Assembly: GCA_050613775.1 (NCBI GenBank)
Contig: JBODTK010000145.1
Span: 62,001-126,000, forward strand
DNA from: Neocallimastix sp. 'constans'
Lineage: Eukaryota
Length of the DNA: 64,000 nt
Direction: 5' to 3'
Under the pieces are notes generated by a model. The model worked only from the letters and a program-made list of their open reading frames with translations. It did no database searches and was not told the origin of the DNA. Both the position numbers and the translations under genes were made by a program. Every line of letters begins with the position of its first letter. Within the stretch, counting starts at the first letter, position 1. This document shows positions 1 through 13,155 of the stretch, piece by piece.

Positions 1-1
1 A

Positions 2-3000
2 ATATTTGCAGGATTAAAAAATATAGATATTAATGTAGATGAAATTTTGAAAGAAGTTGGCTTGTTAGATGAAAAGGAAAATATTGTTGATGTGTTGAGC
101 GGTGGTCAAAAGAAAAGATTAAATATTGCTATTGCATTTATGGGTAATCCAAGATTTGTATTTCTTGATGAACCTACCACAGGTTTAGATCCTCTTTCCA
201 GAAGAAATATGTGGAATTTAATTATGAAACATAAAAATGGAAAAGCTATCTTTTTAACTACACATTATATGGATGAAGCTGATATTTTAACTGATCGTAA
301 ACTTATTTTACAAAAAGGTGTCATTCGTTGTCTTGGTTCCAGTATGTATTTGAAGAAACATTTCAATATCATGTATAATCTTCAAATTGAAACTAATAAC
401 AGAAATATAACCCAGCAAATTGTTCATAAACATATTCCAGAAGCTATTGATATCCAACAAAATAATAATAATAATAATAATAATTATAGTAGTTATATTA
501 ATACTAATAATAATGTTAATAATGAATATGGTCATGTTTATACCTTTAAATTACCTATGAATTCAGTTTCCAGAATATCCGGATTACTTAATGAATTAGA
601 AGGACCAGCTAAACAACAAAATATCATTAATAAATTTTCAATTACACTTCCATCCTTAGAAGAATTATTTATTCGTTTAGAATTACAAAAAGATAAAAGA
701 GATAATGTTCATGAGGGTAATAAAAGTGAAAATGGTACAGATGGCAATAACGATTCAGTAATTTTAATTAATAAAAGAGCAGTTCTTCCACAATGTGATG
801 AAATTAAGGAAATTAATGATTCTGAAAGAATTTCCATTTTAACAAAATTAAGATATAAAATTTATCTTAAGAATAAGACTTTATTATTCAATTCTGTTTT
901 ATATCCAATTATTTTTGTTATTATAGTTTTCTTCATTTTGAAATATTCTTTAAAAGATAAGAAAACTGAATTCGAAAGCTTAGACCTTACCTACGGTAAA
1001 AATCAAATGTATAAAGAATCCCTTTGGAATTTTGTTACTGAGGAATCCAGCACTCTTGATGCTAATACGTTCAGTAGTGTTCTTGGAAAAGAAAAAATGA
1101 CAGAGATTAATAATTTAACGTTGGATGAAACAATCTTAAGTCGCAACAGTACCATTGATGATCTTAAGAACTTGTACATCCTCTCTCTTACTGGTAATAA
1201 AACTAGTAATAGCTATGACTTTGATATCTATTACAATAAATTATTGACGCATAGTCCACCAATTATTTTCAATGGTCTCTCCAATGCCATTCTTAAATCT
1301 CAAAATATTAATGAACAAATTACCGTAGCCTCTAAACCTTTCTCCTATTATGATAACATCATTGGAAGTAAGATATTTAATTATGCTCTCACATTTTTAT
1401 CCGTAGCTGTTATTTTCAGTCTTTCTACTTTCGGTATATTAATGATTCGTGAAAACGTTAATGGTTTGAAAAAGCAACTGCTTTTAAATAAAGTGAATAG
1501 TAAATGTTATTGGGTCTCTTGTATCCTTATTGATTTCATCTTCTTTGGTATAGTTTGTTTTTCCATAGTAGTCATTGGTTTAATCTTCCATTTTGAATCC
1601 TTCTATCAAAAGTATTCTTTAATTGCCTATGTTTTTATTATTTTAGCTAGTATCTTTGGATCATTGTTCTTCCAATATACTCTTTGCCTCTTCTTTAAGA
1701 AGGAAAACTTAGCCTATTCCACCATCTCTTTAATTCATGTTGCACTTCTCCTATTAGGCTATAATATTCTTTTGAATGTAAATGAACTATCTCTAGCTAA
1801 GACTCCCAATGTTCAAACGCTTTTAACGGATTCTACCGTAAAATATTTCGGTATCTATTCATTTCTTTATCCTCCATTTGCCATTATCGTTGGTTTCTAC
1901 TTTACAATTAAGATGAATATTCAACATCAAATCTATGGATTAGAATTGACTAAAGACAAGTATTTTGATTCCAAGAATGGATTTTCAGTGGTATTAATGG
2001 CTACTGCTCTTTCCATTATATTCTACTTCACCCTCTTAACCTATATCGATAAAAAGTTAAATGGCAAAAAGGAATCCAAATCCAAACAAATTGAAAAATT
2101 GATTGAAGCCAATGAACGTCTTCTTCAAGAAAATGAAGATTTATATCGTGAAATGGAAAGTGTTAAAAATGAAGGGGAACGTCAACGTATGCCTATCAGT
2201 GTCTTACATCTCATGAAGGAATTTAATTTTATACTTAAAACCAATGAAAAGAAAGTCAAATTGAAAAATTCTAAAGACTATGATTATGGAGATGTTCATC
2301 GTTCCCAATATAACCCTACTAGATATGTGAGAACTATTATAGAGGATGTTTCCTTTGGAGTTAAGGAAAAAGAATGCTTTGGTTTATTAGGTCCTAACGG
2401 GGTTGGTAAGTCTACACTTCTTAATGTGATTACATCGACTTTTCCACCTACCTCTGGAAATGTATATTTCAATGGTCAACCTTCTGATGAATCGAATGAA
2501 ATTGTTGGTTACTGTCCACAGAAAGACATATTATGGGAGGAGTTGACCGTTCTCGATCATGTTATGCTTTACCTTAGACTTCGCGGAGTACCCAAGGATC
2601 GTGTGAAAGATATCGCGCTTCAGTACATTAACTTCACTCAAATTAGTGAACATAAAAATAAATATGCTGGTAAGTTAAGTGGAGGTACTAAACGTAAACT
2701 TTGTATTCTTTTAGCCGTATGTACCTCTCCTAAACAAATTATTTTAGATGAACCTACCTCCGGTATTGATCCTGCTACTCGTTTTTTCATCTGGGAAATG
2801 ATAAAGGAATTAAAAGAGTCTTCCCATTCTTCCGTTATTTTAACAACCCATTCCATGGAAGAGGCTCAAGAACTTTGTGATCGTCTTACTATTTTAATTA
2901 ATGGACGTCTTGTCTGTATTGGCTCGCCAGATTACCTCCGTATGAAGTACAGTCAAAGTTATATTCTTGAAATTCAATTACCTTCCTCTAAAACTTCCTC

Positions 3001-3247
3001 AAAAGATCGTATCTCTGATCTTCTCTTTGGTAATAATGGTCCCTTCAACGATCACACTTACAAGGAAGAAGTGATTACCGATTATCGTATCAAGTATCAA
3101 ATACAAATTCAAGAACGTGGTTTAGGTCAACTCTTCAATGCTATGGAGAAGTTCAAGGAAGAAGGACTTATTTTTGATTATACCATCAGTCAATCCTCTC
3201 TTGAACAAGTATTTATTGATTTTGCTCGTCAATTTAATAGAGAGTAA
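2..3247 (+). CDS. ABCA-subfamily full-size ABC transporter, 5'-partial (end of NBD1, TMD2, NBD2)
   Basis: The frame is open from base 2 (IFAGLKNIDINVDEILKE...). NBD1 has LSGGQKKRL, FLDEPTTGLDP and LTTHYMDEAD. Then come TM helices with a large extracellular loop, and NBD2 with Walker A GPNGVGKST, GYCPQ, LSGGTKRKL, ILDEPTSGIDP and the ABCA-type tail SLEQVFIDFA. No introns are seen. Confidence 0.95.
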   Translation: MFAGLKNIDINVDEILKEVGLLDEKENIVDVLSGGQKKRLNIAIAFMGNPRFVFLDEPTTGLDPLSRRNMWNLIMKHKNGKAIFLTTHYMDEADILTDRKLILQKGVIRCLGSSMYLKKHFNIMYNLQIETNNRNITQQIVHKHIPEAIDIQQNNNNNNNNYSSYINTNNNVNNEYGHVYTFKLPMNSVSRISGLLNELEGPAKQQNIINKFSITLPSLEELFIRLELQKDKRDNVHEGNKSENGTDGNNDSVILINKRAVLPQCDEIKEINDSERISILTKLRYKIYLKNKTLLFNSVLYPIIFVIIVFFILKYSLKDKKTEFESLDLTYGKNQMYKESLWNFVTEESSTLDANTFSSVLGKEKMTEINNLTLDETILSRNSTIDDLKNLYILSLTGNKTSNSYDFDIYYNKLLTHSPPIIFNGLSNAILKSQNINEQITVASKPFSYYDNIIGSKIFNYALTFLSVAVIFSLSTFGILMIRENVNGLKKQLLLNKVNSKCYWVSCILIDFIFFGIVCFSIVVIGLIFHFESFYQKYSLIAYVFIILASIFGSLFFQYTLCLFFKKENLAYSTISLIHVALLLLGYNILLNVNELSLAKTPNVQTLLTDSTVKYFGIYSFLYPPFAIIVGFYFTIKMNIQHQIYGLELTKDKYFDSKNGFSVVLMATALSIIFYFTLLTYIDKKLNGKKESKSKQIEKLIEANERLLQENEDLYREMESVKNEGERQRMPISVLHLMKEFNFILKTNEKKVKLKNSKDYDYGDVHRSQYNPTRYVRTIIEDVSFGVKEKECFGLLGPNGVGKSTLLNVITSTFPPTSGNVYFNGQPSDESNEIVGYCPQKDILWEELTVLDHVMLYLRLRGVPKDRVKDIALQYINFTQISEHKNKYAGKLSGGTKRKLCILLAVCTSPKQIILDEPTSGIDPATRFFIWEMIKELKESSHSSVILTTHSMEEAQELCDRLTILINGRLVCIGSPDYLRMKYSQSYILEIQLPSSKTSSKDRISDLLFGNNGPFNDHTYKEEVITDYRIKYQIQIQERGLGQLFNAMEKFKEEGLIFDYTISQSSLEQVFIDFARQFNRE

Positions 3248-3708
3248 ATATATATATATATGAAAAAGAATTTTTTTTTTTTTTTTATTTTTAGTTAAAG
3301 AATAAAATACTGAATAAAAAAAAAATTAAAAGATAATATTAGAGAAAAAAGATTTAAAAAAAAAAAAAATAAAAAATAAAAAAAAAATAGGAAATAGATT
3401 TTAATTAGAATTAGAATTTTAATAATTTGTAAAAAAAAAAATAATTAAAATTAATAATATAAGTAAGTTAGTAAATAAAAAAATATATAAGTAAATAAAA
3501 ATAAATAAGTAAATTAAAAAATAAATAAATAAGTAAAAAAAAAAAAAATAAAAAAGTAAATAAATAAAAAAAAAAAAAAAGAAATTTATAAATAAGTTTT
3601 TTTCATTTTTATTTTTTTTTTTAAATAGTATTTTATCTTGATTTTTAAGAAAAAAAGAGTTTTAAGAAATTATAAAAAAAAATAGAATATAAAAAAAAAT
3701 TTATTTTT

Positions 3709-3751
<43 letters not shown>

Positions 3752-5211
3752 TGATAATTAAAAGTATAAAAATTTATATATAAATTATTAATGAATGTTT
3801 AATCTATATAAATTTTTTTATCAATTATTATTATTTTATTATTTCATTATACTCTATATATATATATATATATATATATAAAGAATTGAATAATTTTTAA
3901 TATTGTTGGGATAATATGAATTATTTTAATAAAGTTCAATATCCTCTGTAGCTATTAATTATATTTTTTTAACATCTAAGTACTAGAATAAATGTGAAAT
4001 TTAATGTAAAATTCATGTATTGTACTTTTGTATATCTATAATTATAGTTAGATCATATAAATACATGATTGAGCGTTAATAAGAGATAGAATTCATTTGT
4101 TTATTAGTCTATGAAATATAATACCATGTAAAAGTAGATGTAAAAATATACATTAATAATATTATTAATGATTAATAAGTACTCTATATGAAAATTGTAA
4201 AGAAAATTATAATTGATGTTAAAATGATATTAAAGATATTAAACTCATTTATCAAAATATCATTAATTATTTAAACGAGTGTAAAACCCAAGAGATTTGT
4301 CATATAATAAATAAAAAGGATGGTGTAAAATATGATGAGTTTCCATCCCTTAATTACCTAAATTTTAAGATTTAAAAGTTTATCCATAAAATTTAATAAT
4401 AAAAAGGCCATAAAATATATTAAAAAAAAGTTAGACATTATTATAAGCCATAAATTTCTTGACTCTTAACAGTTAAAGAGTCTCATTGACTCATTAACTC
4501 TTTAAAAAGGATTCTTTGAAATACAATAATTCTTTGACGAATACAATATTATGTCAAGAAGAGCAACTAAAAAAATTTATTTTATGATAATTGTTGCCAT
4601 TGTGTCAATTTAGGAAAGATTAATGAAATAATCTAAAAACTAAAATGATTTAAATTTTATGAGATTGAAAAAAAATATTTCGAAATTAATATTAAAAGAA
4701 GATTATTGGAAGAAATAATAAAGCTTCAGCTCTATGGAAATGTTTAATTACTGAAATGAAAACATGTGTATGTGTTTCATTTCATTTAAAATAAATAGTA
4801 AATACCGAAACTCGTAATATGACAAAAATTGTAAAATAAATATTTCCTTTTTACTAAGATTTTTTTTTTTTTTTTTGTTTTAAAAGGATTTATTTTTTTA
4901 ATAATACATGATTTAATATTTTCATATTCATAAATTTACATTCAATGGAACATATATATATCTTATTATATTAAATACATACTTTAAGAAATATTTATAT
5001 GCCTCTTTTACATAATTTATTACTAATCTATATTATTGGCATCATAAACTGTATAAACTATACTATCTATTATCTATTTAATATTCATTAGTTATTATTC
5101 ATTATTTATTATTAATATTTATAATTATAATAAAATTAGAAGTATTGATTAAAATCTTTATTAAAAATATAAATTAAAAATACTAACTTTTATAACATTT
5201 TCCAATAATTA

Positions 5212-5242
<31 letters not shown>

Positions 5243-6219
5243 GATTTAACAAATGAATTTTATATGCTTTTTATTTCGTTATTTAAGCTTTACATAAGAT
5301 AATTGTTGTCAAGTATTAATAACAATAATATATTTATCAGAAAAACAACAACAAAGAAAAAAGAATACAATTGTAAATTATTAAAAGATATCTATATATA
5401 AAAATTTATATATAAAATATTTATATAAAAGTAGTTTATTTTAATTAAATGAATTAAAGAATATTTAACTAGATAAATAAACTAAATATAAAGTCATTGA
5501 ATGTACTAAATTATTATTATAAACTAATAAATATAAAAATATTAAAAAAAATAAATAGTATATTATTTATTATTACAATAATAAAATTAATAAAAAAATA
5601 AAATAAAATATATTAATAAAAAAAAAAAAATAAAAATAAAAAAAGGGCATTATTTAGAATTATATAAAAAAATGAAATATACTTATTATATATAAATTTT
5701 TATATATTTTTATAATAAAAAAATAAATAAATAAATAAAAATAATATACATAAAGAAATCAATAAAATAGCTCATCATTAATATTATATTACTATAGAAA
5801 TAATAATTAGATAGATATATAATAAAATATATATGTTGTAATTTTTTTTTTCATAACAAATTAAATTTATTACATTACTTTGTTCTGAATTTTGAAATCT
5901 AAAATTTTCTAAAAACGCGTTTTAATTTTAAATATCTTTTTTTTTTTTATTTTTATTTCTTTTTAAATATTTTAATCATTATTTTCAATTAATAATTTCT
6001 TTTTATTTTATATATATATAATAATATCAATAAAATTATATAACAATATCATTAAAAATTTAAAGTTTAATTTTTTTTATGTGGATTGATGTTTAAAAAA
6101 ATAAATTTATTTATACTTTTACATAAATTTATTTTATCATGTTGTTTTCAAATCACCTTAAATATTTTATTATTATAATTTATAATTTATAAATTTAATG
6201 CACGTGATGATTAATACAT

Positions 6220-6338
<119 letters not shown>

Positions 6339-6771
6339 TTATTATTATTTTATTTAATGTTTAATCATTTTTTAAGGATATTTTTTTTTTTTTTTTTTTT
6401 TTTTAAGGATAATAGTTTATATTTGTATTATATAAAATGACGGAATTAAAATCCGTATTCCTTTAAAATTTATATAATTAAAAATTAAAAAAAAAAAAAA
6501 AATAAGGTTTAATTTATTAAAAAAAAATTTTTTTTTTCTTTATTTTAAAAAACTTTATATTAAATTAATTAATTTCATTAATTTTTAATTTTCAATTTAA
6601 ATATTTAAATACTCATTAAAATCTTTTTTTTTCTTTTTTTTTTTTTTTTATAGTTTAATCTTATCTTACTTTATTTTTATTTTATAAAACTATTTTAATA
6701 GAGTTTAATTATTTAAAAAAAATAAAAAAAAAATTAAAGGTAAATAAAAAAACGCTTTAGAAATTAGCAAC

Positions 6772-7206
6772 ATGGGTTCTATTATTGAAAGAAATAAAAA
6801 AATAATGAAAGAATTTGAAGAAATGATCTCCTGTCAAGATACTAAACGTCAGGAAGAATTAGGTGAAATTTTAGTAGATCCTGAAGCTCCATTTTTTACT
6901 CCAGCTTCACCTGAACCATTATATGGTGGAAAGGGATATTTAGCATTTGTGTATATGTTGAGAAGATCTTTTTCTGACATTAAATGGAAGATGATAGATA
7001 TGGCTGTAGATAATGAAAAAGCTGCTGTTCACTGGGAAGCTACAGGTACTCATGATGGCGTGTTTATGGGAAAGGAACCTACTGGTACAAAGTTAAAATT
7101 TTCTCTTATGAATTTTTACTATATTAATGAAAAAGGTAAAATTTATAAGGATGTTGCAGCTGATGGAATGTATGGTATTTTAAAACCATTAGGCCTTGCT
7201 CCATAA
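6772..7206 (+). CDS. SnoaL-like / ester cyclase (NTF2-like fold) protein, 144 aa
   Basis: Clean ATG-TAA ORF, GC-richer than its flanks. Motifs ...SFSDIKW...MAVDNEKAAVHWEATGTHDGVFMGKEPTGTKL...YYINEKGKI fit the ester-cyclase pattern (GTHxGxFxGxxPTG). Confidence 0.85.
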   Translation: MGSIIERNKKIMKEFEEMISCQDTKRQEELGEILVDPEAPFFTPASPEPLYGGKGYLAFVYMLRRSFSDIKWKMIDMAVDNEKAAVHWEATGTHDGVFMGKEPTGTKLKFSLMNFYYINEKGKIYKDVAADGMYGILKPLGLAP

Positions 7207-8039
7207 AAATAATATTTATTAAAAAAAAAAAAATATAAAAATTATTTATTTCTTATTAAATGATAGTTAACTAAAAAATTATTAAATTTATTAATAACAA
7301 TTACTTTATAAACTTATAATAAAAAATATTTATATTTAAAAATATTTTATGATATAAAAAAGAAAAATATAATAACTTTAAACAAAATAAAAAATTTTAA
7401 AATTGTTAATATTATAGATACTATTAAAAATCATTATTTTAATTATTAATATATGAGTTTTATCTATTCTTTTTTTTTTTATCAATATTAATGACAAGAA
7501 AGTATAATATTTGATTTAAAAAAATAAATAAATAAATAAAAATAAAAAAAATATTAATTTTTAACATGTATTGTTATTTTTTTATTAACATAAAAATACA
7601 AATAATCCAGAAAAAATCATTTATGAAAGAATAAATGACAAATATGAATAAATGATAAAATAGAAATGTTAAAACGCAATTTAAAATAACTATATTAAAA
7701 AATATACATATAATACATTGATATGAATCTAATTATTTACATATAATTATTAATAAAGTTTGATCTATGGATAAAAATATATAAACAGAATAATATCTTT
7801 GCTATAAACTTATTTAAACTAATTTTAATTAATTACTTTTTATTTTGTTTTTTACTACAATTTATTTAATTAAAAAAAATTTTTTTTATACAAAATTCAA
7901 TAATTAGAAATACATATTATATGTAATTAGAAGAATATATATATTTTCATATTCATTACTATAGATTAATTAAATAAATTATTCAAATTCTTGACAATAA
8001 AATACTTTATTACTTAAATTTCATCAAAGTCATTTAAAG

Positions 8040-8663
8040 TTGCCCATGTAGTGGTGTTAGTGGACTTAGCTTTTCTCACTGGATCTTTGCCTTAAAAGAA
8101 TTAGAAAATTACAGAAATAAATCTTTACCTTTTCTATGATAATCTCTTTTTGAAATTTGCAAAGATAATTGAACAAAAATCCTTGGATGTTTCTTTCTTT
8201 AGATTCAGAAAAGGATTATGACAATAATATTTATTATTTTATATTGAGTGCTCTTCTTATATATATAATAAAAATTAAAGTTAATGATGTGGAATAAAGA
8301 CAATTAATTGACAATACTTTTAAACAAAGTTCAGCTTCGTTGGCTGTTCCGTATTTTTGTGGGGATTGTGTAGTTTCTAACAAAACATAATACCATTAAT
8401 TTGTCGACCTTTTAGATTGATTGATGAAATGATATTCCTTTGAATCTATTAAATCTACCGTTGCTAAGAGCGTCGACGTCGAAATGATAAGGCATGAATT
8501 TTCACCTTCCGGTGAAAGATCTGATTCGGATTCTATTGATAATAATAACACTGAAATTATTACTCGCAATAATGGATGCGGTGAATGGGAAAAGTTAGAA
8601 ACTATTGCTTCTAACGTACTTATTTAATTATATAATATATTATATTTCCATTTCGTGTATTTT
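8040..8663 (+). mobile_element. Degenerate dispersed repeat, probable 3' end of a non-LTR (LINE-like) retrotransposon ORF; copy 1
   Basis: Aligns by eye to the reverse complement of 54091-54635. Relic translation from 8041, CPCSGVSGLSFSHWIFALKELENYRNK, resembles a decayed LINE ORF2 C-terminal CCHC finger. It ends ...EIITRNNGCGEWEKLETIASNVLI* and has multiple stops and frameshifts. Confidence 0.6.
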
Positions 8664-9515
8664 TTTTTATTTTACATTTAAATTATGTAATTTTATTATT
8701 ATTATAAATTAAATAAAGTTATTCTCTAAGTCTAAAAAAAAATAAAAAAAAAAAAAAAAAAAATAATAATAAAAATAATAAAATATTAATATTTTAATGT
8801 ATGAAATTAATGTATACAAATTGTATTATGATTGATAATTTTTATTTAATAAAAAAATAAAGAAATTATAAATATATTAAAAATATATTGATAATTTAGA
8901 ACTTTGTTCTTTAATAATAATAATAATAAAAATACAAGACAACTTCTGTTTATTTTTGAAGAAGAGAAGAAAAGAAAAAGATAAGAAAAGAAAAGAAAAG
9001 AAAAGAAAAGAAAGAGGAAATTTATTAATGAAATATTAATATTAATAAATAAAATATATAAAATTAACTAGTATAATTAATAATACGTGTTTATTAATTA
9101 TTACTGTTGTTGATAAAATTATTTTATTTTTATTTATAGTCTACTTTAAATATATTAAAAACTATTATTTATATTTAAAGGGTAAATATAAATAATAAAG
9201 GTCACTTTAACAAGTACTTTAACGAAGTAATAAATTTTTCTTTAAACTAAGAATGTTTGGAGAGAAATTTATCATAATTAATAAATAAATAAATAAATAA
9301 ATAAATAAAGATTAAAATTTGCGATAATTGGGGCTGCAAAAAAAAAATAAAATAAAATAAAATAAAAATATATATATAAAAAAAACTAAAGAAATAAATA
9401 AAAATGTATATTTAATAATTAAAAGTATATTTAATAAATATAATTAAATATTATTAAAATAATAAATTAGAAAAAAATAAAAAAAAAAAATAAAAAATAA
9501 AAATTATAAATTTTT

Positions 9516-9560
9516 TTAGTTCCATTTTTTTAGTTCCATTTTTTTTTAGTTCCATTTTTT
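9516..9560 (+). promoter_or_regulatory. Triplicated TTAGTTCCATTTTT motif upstream of ankyrin gene A1
   Basis: Three tandem copies lie ~300-340 bp before the ATG. Related G(G/T)TCCA(T/A)TT motifs occur at similar distances upstream of other paralogues. Regulatory function is inferred. Confidence 0.35.
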
Positions 9561-9856
9561 TATTTATATATCAAAGTTATTTAAATGTTAAATTTATTTT
9601 TAAATTTTAATTTTTATTATCATTATTTTGTGAAAATATCTGTAAACAATTTCATATAATTTTTTATTATTTCTTCGTTATAACTACCATAAAAAATAAA
9701 AATAAAATCTAAATATTTAAAATATTTCTTAATATATAGTAATAATAGTAACAACTAAGTTTAATTTATTTTATGAAAATTCAGAAAAAAAAAATCTTTT
9801 TTTTAAATAATAAATAAAAACTTTTTACTTTAATAAAATAAAGCATTTTATAAATC

Positions 9857-11707
9857 ATGGATTCCTTTAATAATATATATGAACAAAATTGGGTAAGAAA
9901 ACCAAATAAATGTATATATAGCTATTATATTCGAGAAATTAAAAGAATTAAAAAAATTGAGGAAACTATAGCTCAAAAAGTTAAAAAAATTTTAGATGAT
10001 GCCATTGAAAAAAATATTGTTTTGAATTTAAATGAAAAAGGTAAAAATGAATGGTATCCACTTTTATATGCTACTTATATGGATAATATTGAAATGGCTA
10101 AATTATTAATTGAATATGCCAATAAAAATGATATTGTTTTGGAAATAAATAAAAAAAATAATGATGGATATAATCCACTTTTATGGGCTATTGAGAGAAA
10201 TAAAATTAAAATAGTTCAATTATTAATAGATTATGCCAGAAAAAAAAATTGTTTTGGAAATAAATGAAAAAAATAATAATGGAGATTATCCACTTATAAT
10301 GGCCACTAGAATAAATGATACTGGAATAGTTATATTATTAAAAGAATATGCAAATAAAAATAAAATTGTTTTGGAAATAAATGAAAAAAATAATAGAGGA
10401 AATAATCCACTTATATTGGCTACTGATAATAAAAATATTAAAATGGTTAAATTATTAATTGAATATGCCAATAAAAATGATATTATTTTGGAAATAAATG
10501 AAAAAAATGATGATGGAGATAATCCATTTATATGGGCTACTAAGAGAAATAATATTGAAATAGTTCAATTATTAATAGAATATGCCAATAAAAATAAAAT
10601 TGTATTGGAAATAAATGAAAAAAATAAACAGAAGTGGTATCCACTTTTATATGCTACTTATATGAATAATATTGAAATGGTTAAATTACTAATAGAATAT
10701 GCCAATAAAAATAAAATTGTATTGGAAATAAATGAAAAAAATAAAAGGAAGTGTTATCCACTTTTATATACTATTGATAAGGATAAGAAATAGCTCAATT
10801 ATTAATAGAATATGCCAATAAAAATGATATTGTTTTGGAAATAAATGAAAAAAACGATGATGGAGTTAATCCAATATTTTTTGCATTAGATCGTAATAAT
10901 CTTGAAATATTTATATTATTGGTTGAATATTCAGTAGAAAAAAAATTCAAAATAATCATCAATGAAAAAGATATTGAAGAAATAATAAATTCGAAAAAAT
11001 TATGTTATGTAAATTTAAAGAATATTTCAGAAATTAATCCTGAATTCATAAAAATAATATATTTATATAAAAATAAGAATATAATTGAAGTAATATTTAG
11101 TGATAATCGTTACGTTTTTAAAAAAGATATTGAATATTTTATTAATAAAAAAGAAGAGAAAGAAAGAATAGAAAAAGTATTAAAAAATGAAAAAAAAAAT
11201 TGAAAAAAAGAAAATTGAAAGAATAGAAAAGGATTTAAATAATGAAAAAATGAAAAATGAAAGATTAGAAAAAGATTTGGAAAATAAAAATATAAAAATT
11301 GAAAGAATAGAAAAGGATTTAAATAATGAAAAAATGGAAAATGAAAGATTAGAAAAAGATTTGGAAAATGAGAAAAATGAAAAAAAAGATTAGAAAAAGA
11401 TTTTGACAATGAAAAAAGAGAAAAAGAAAGATTAGAAAATATTTTGAAAAAGGAAAAAAGAGAAAAAGAAATAATAAAAAATAAATATGAATTATTGATA
11501 AAACTATTGAAAAAAGGAAGAAATACTAAAAGAGATGATAAGGATGCATATTTAACCTATGAATGTTAACAAGGAAATATTGAAGAAGTAAAGAAATTAA
11601 TTCATCATGGAATGGATATCAATGAGAAAAATAAAGATGGTGATACTCCATTATTAATTGCATGTAAAAATGGTAATATTGAATTAATAAAATGTTTATT
11701 AAATTAA
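9857..11707 (+). pseudogene. Ankyrin-repeat/coiled-coil gene copy A1, disrupted
   Basis: ORF pieces 9857-10267, 10233-10793, 10835-11203 and 11187-11393 join through frameshifts, mostly in A-runs. There is an in-frame TAA at 11567-11569, and the family terminus ...CLLN* ends at 11707. Confidence 0.85.
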
Positions 11708-12644
11708 ATTATAAAAAGAAGTCAAGGTTACAGTTTTAAAAAATATATTATCAATATTATCATATTATCATATTATCATAATATTTAACAATATTATGAT
11801 GGAAATATTTATTAGATACTATCATCTAAATCATAATATATTAGATTATAAAAAAAATAACTTGATCTCTTTTATATTTGATATATTGAATATATCAATT
11901 AATAAAATTCATAAATAAAATCTGAAAAGTTATATAAATTTTAAAAAAAAAAAAATAAAAAATAAAAAAAAAAAAATTCTTAATATTATTATATTAAATA
12001 CTCAATAAATACAAAATATATATATATATATATTTACTTATTTAATTTTATTTTGTTTTTTGTTTTTAAAAAAATTACTTCATATTTTTTATTATTGTTT
12101 TTTATTTTTATAAAAAATATAAAAATCAAAATGTTATGTAAATTTAAAAATTTTATAATGAATTTATATATGAAAACTTTTTTCCTTATTTTTTAACTTA
12201 TAAATCCTTTTATAAAACAAAAAAAAAAATATGAATCAAAAAAAAAAAAAATGTTTTTATAATATATATATATATATATATAACTTTATACATAATTTAC
12301 TATTAAGTCATATTAAATTATAAAAAAGAATTGTTATTTTATATGAAGTTTTATTAATGAGGTTATTTATGATAAAAATGAATATGTGATTAGCTATGTT
12401 CAACAGAATGAAATTTACATCTATTTATACTAAAATGTGACTTGTTCTAGAATACTTTTAATTAATTACATTATATTATGTTTATATTAATAATTTATAT
12501 TATTATTATTCTAGATTCATTTAATATATAAATTCACATATTGTAACAAGAATAAAAAAATAAAACTAAAATATATAAATATATATTTATTTATTTTTTT
12601 TTAATTTTTTTGATATAACTGAAAGAATATAATTTTTTTCTACT

Positions 12645-12679
<35 letters not shown>

Positions 12680-12680
12680 C

Positions 12681-12775
<95 letters not shown>

Positions 12776-12821
12776 TTAATTAATTAATTAATTAATTTTT
12801 AATTCTTTTGATTAATTCAAT

Positions 12822-12852
<31 letters not shown>

Positions 12853-13155
12853 AGGTCCAAATTTTTTAATTCTTTTTTTTTTTAGTTCTGTTTTTTTTTT
12901 TATTTTTAAATTTTTTATATATTAAGGAGATTTTAATACCAAAATTTTTTCTAAATTTTTATATTTATTATTATTATTATTTTAAATCAAAGTAAATAAA
13001 GTCATTTAATTCTTTTTCATTTCTTAGTTATTTTTATCTTAAAAATTAAAAAAACAAAATCAATAAATTTAAAATATTTTAATAATTTTTTGTTATTAAA
13101 AAATAGAAATAATAGTAATAACTATTAATAAAAATAAGAAAGTATTTCATTAATC

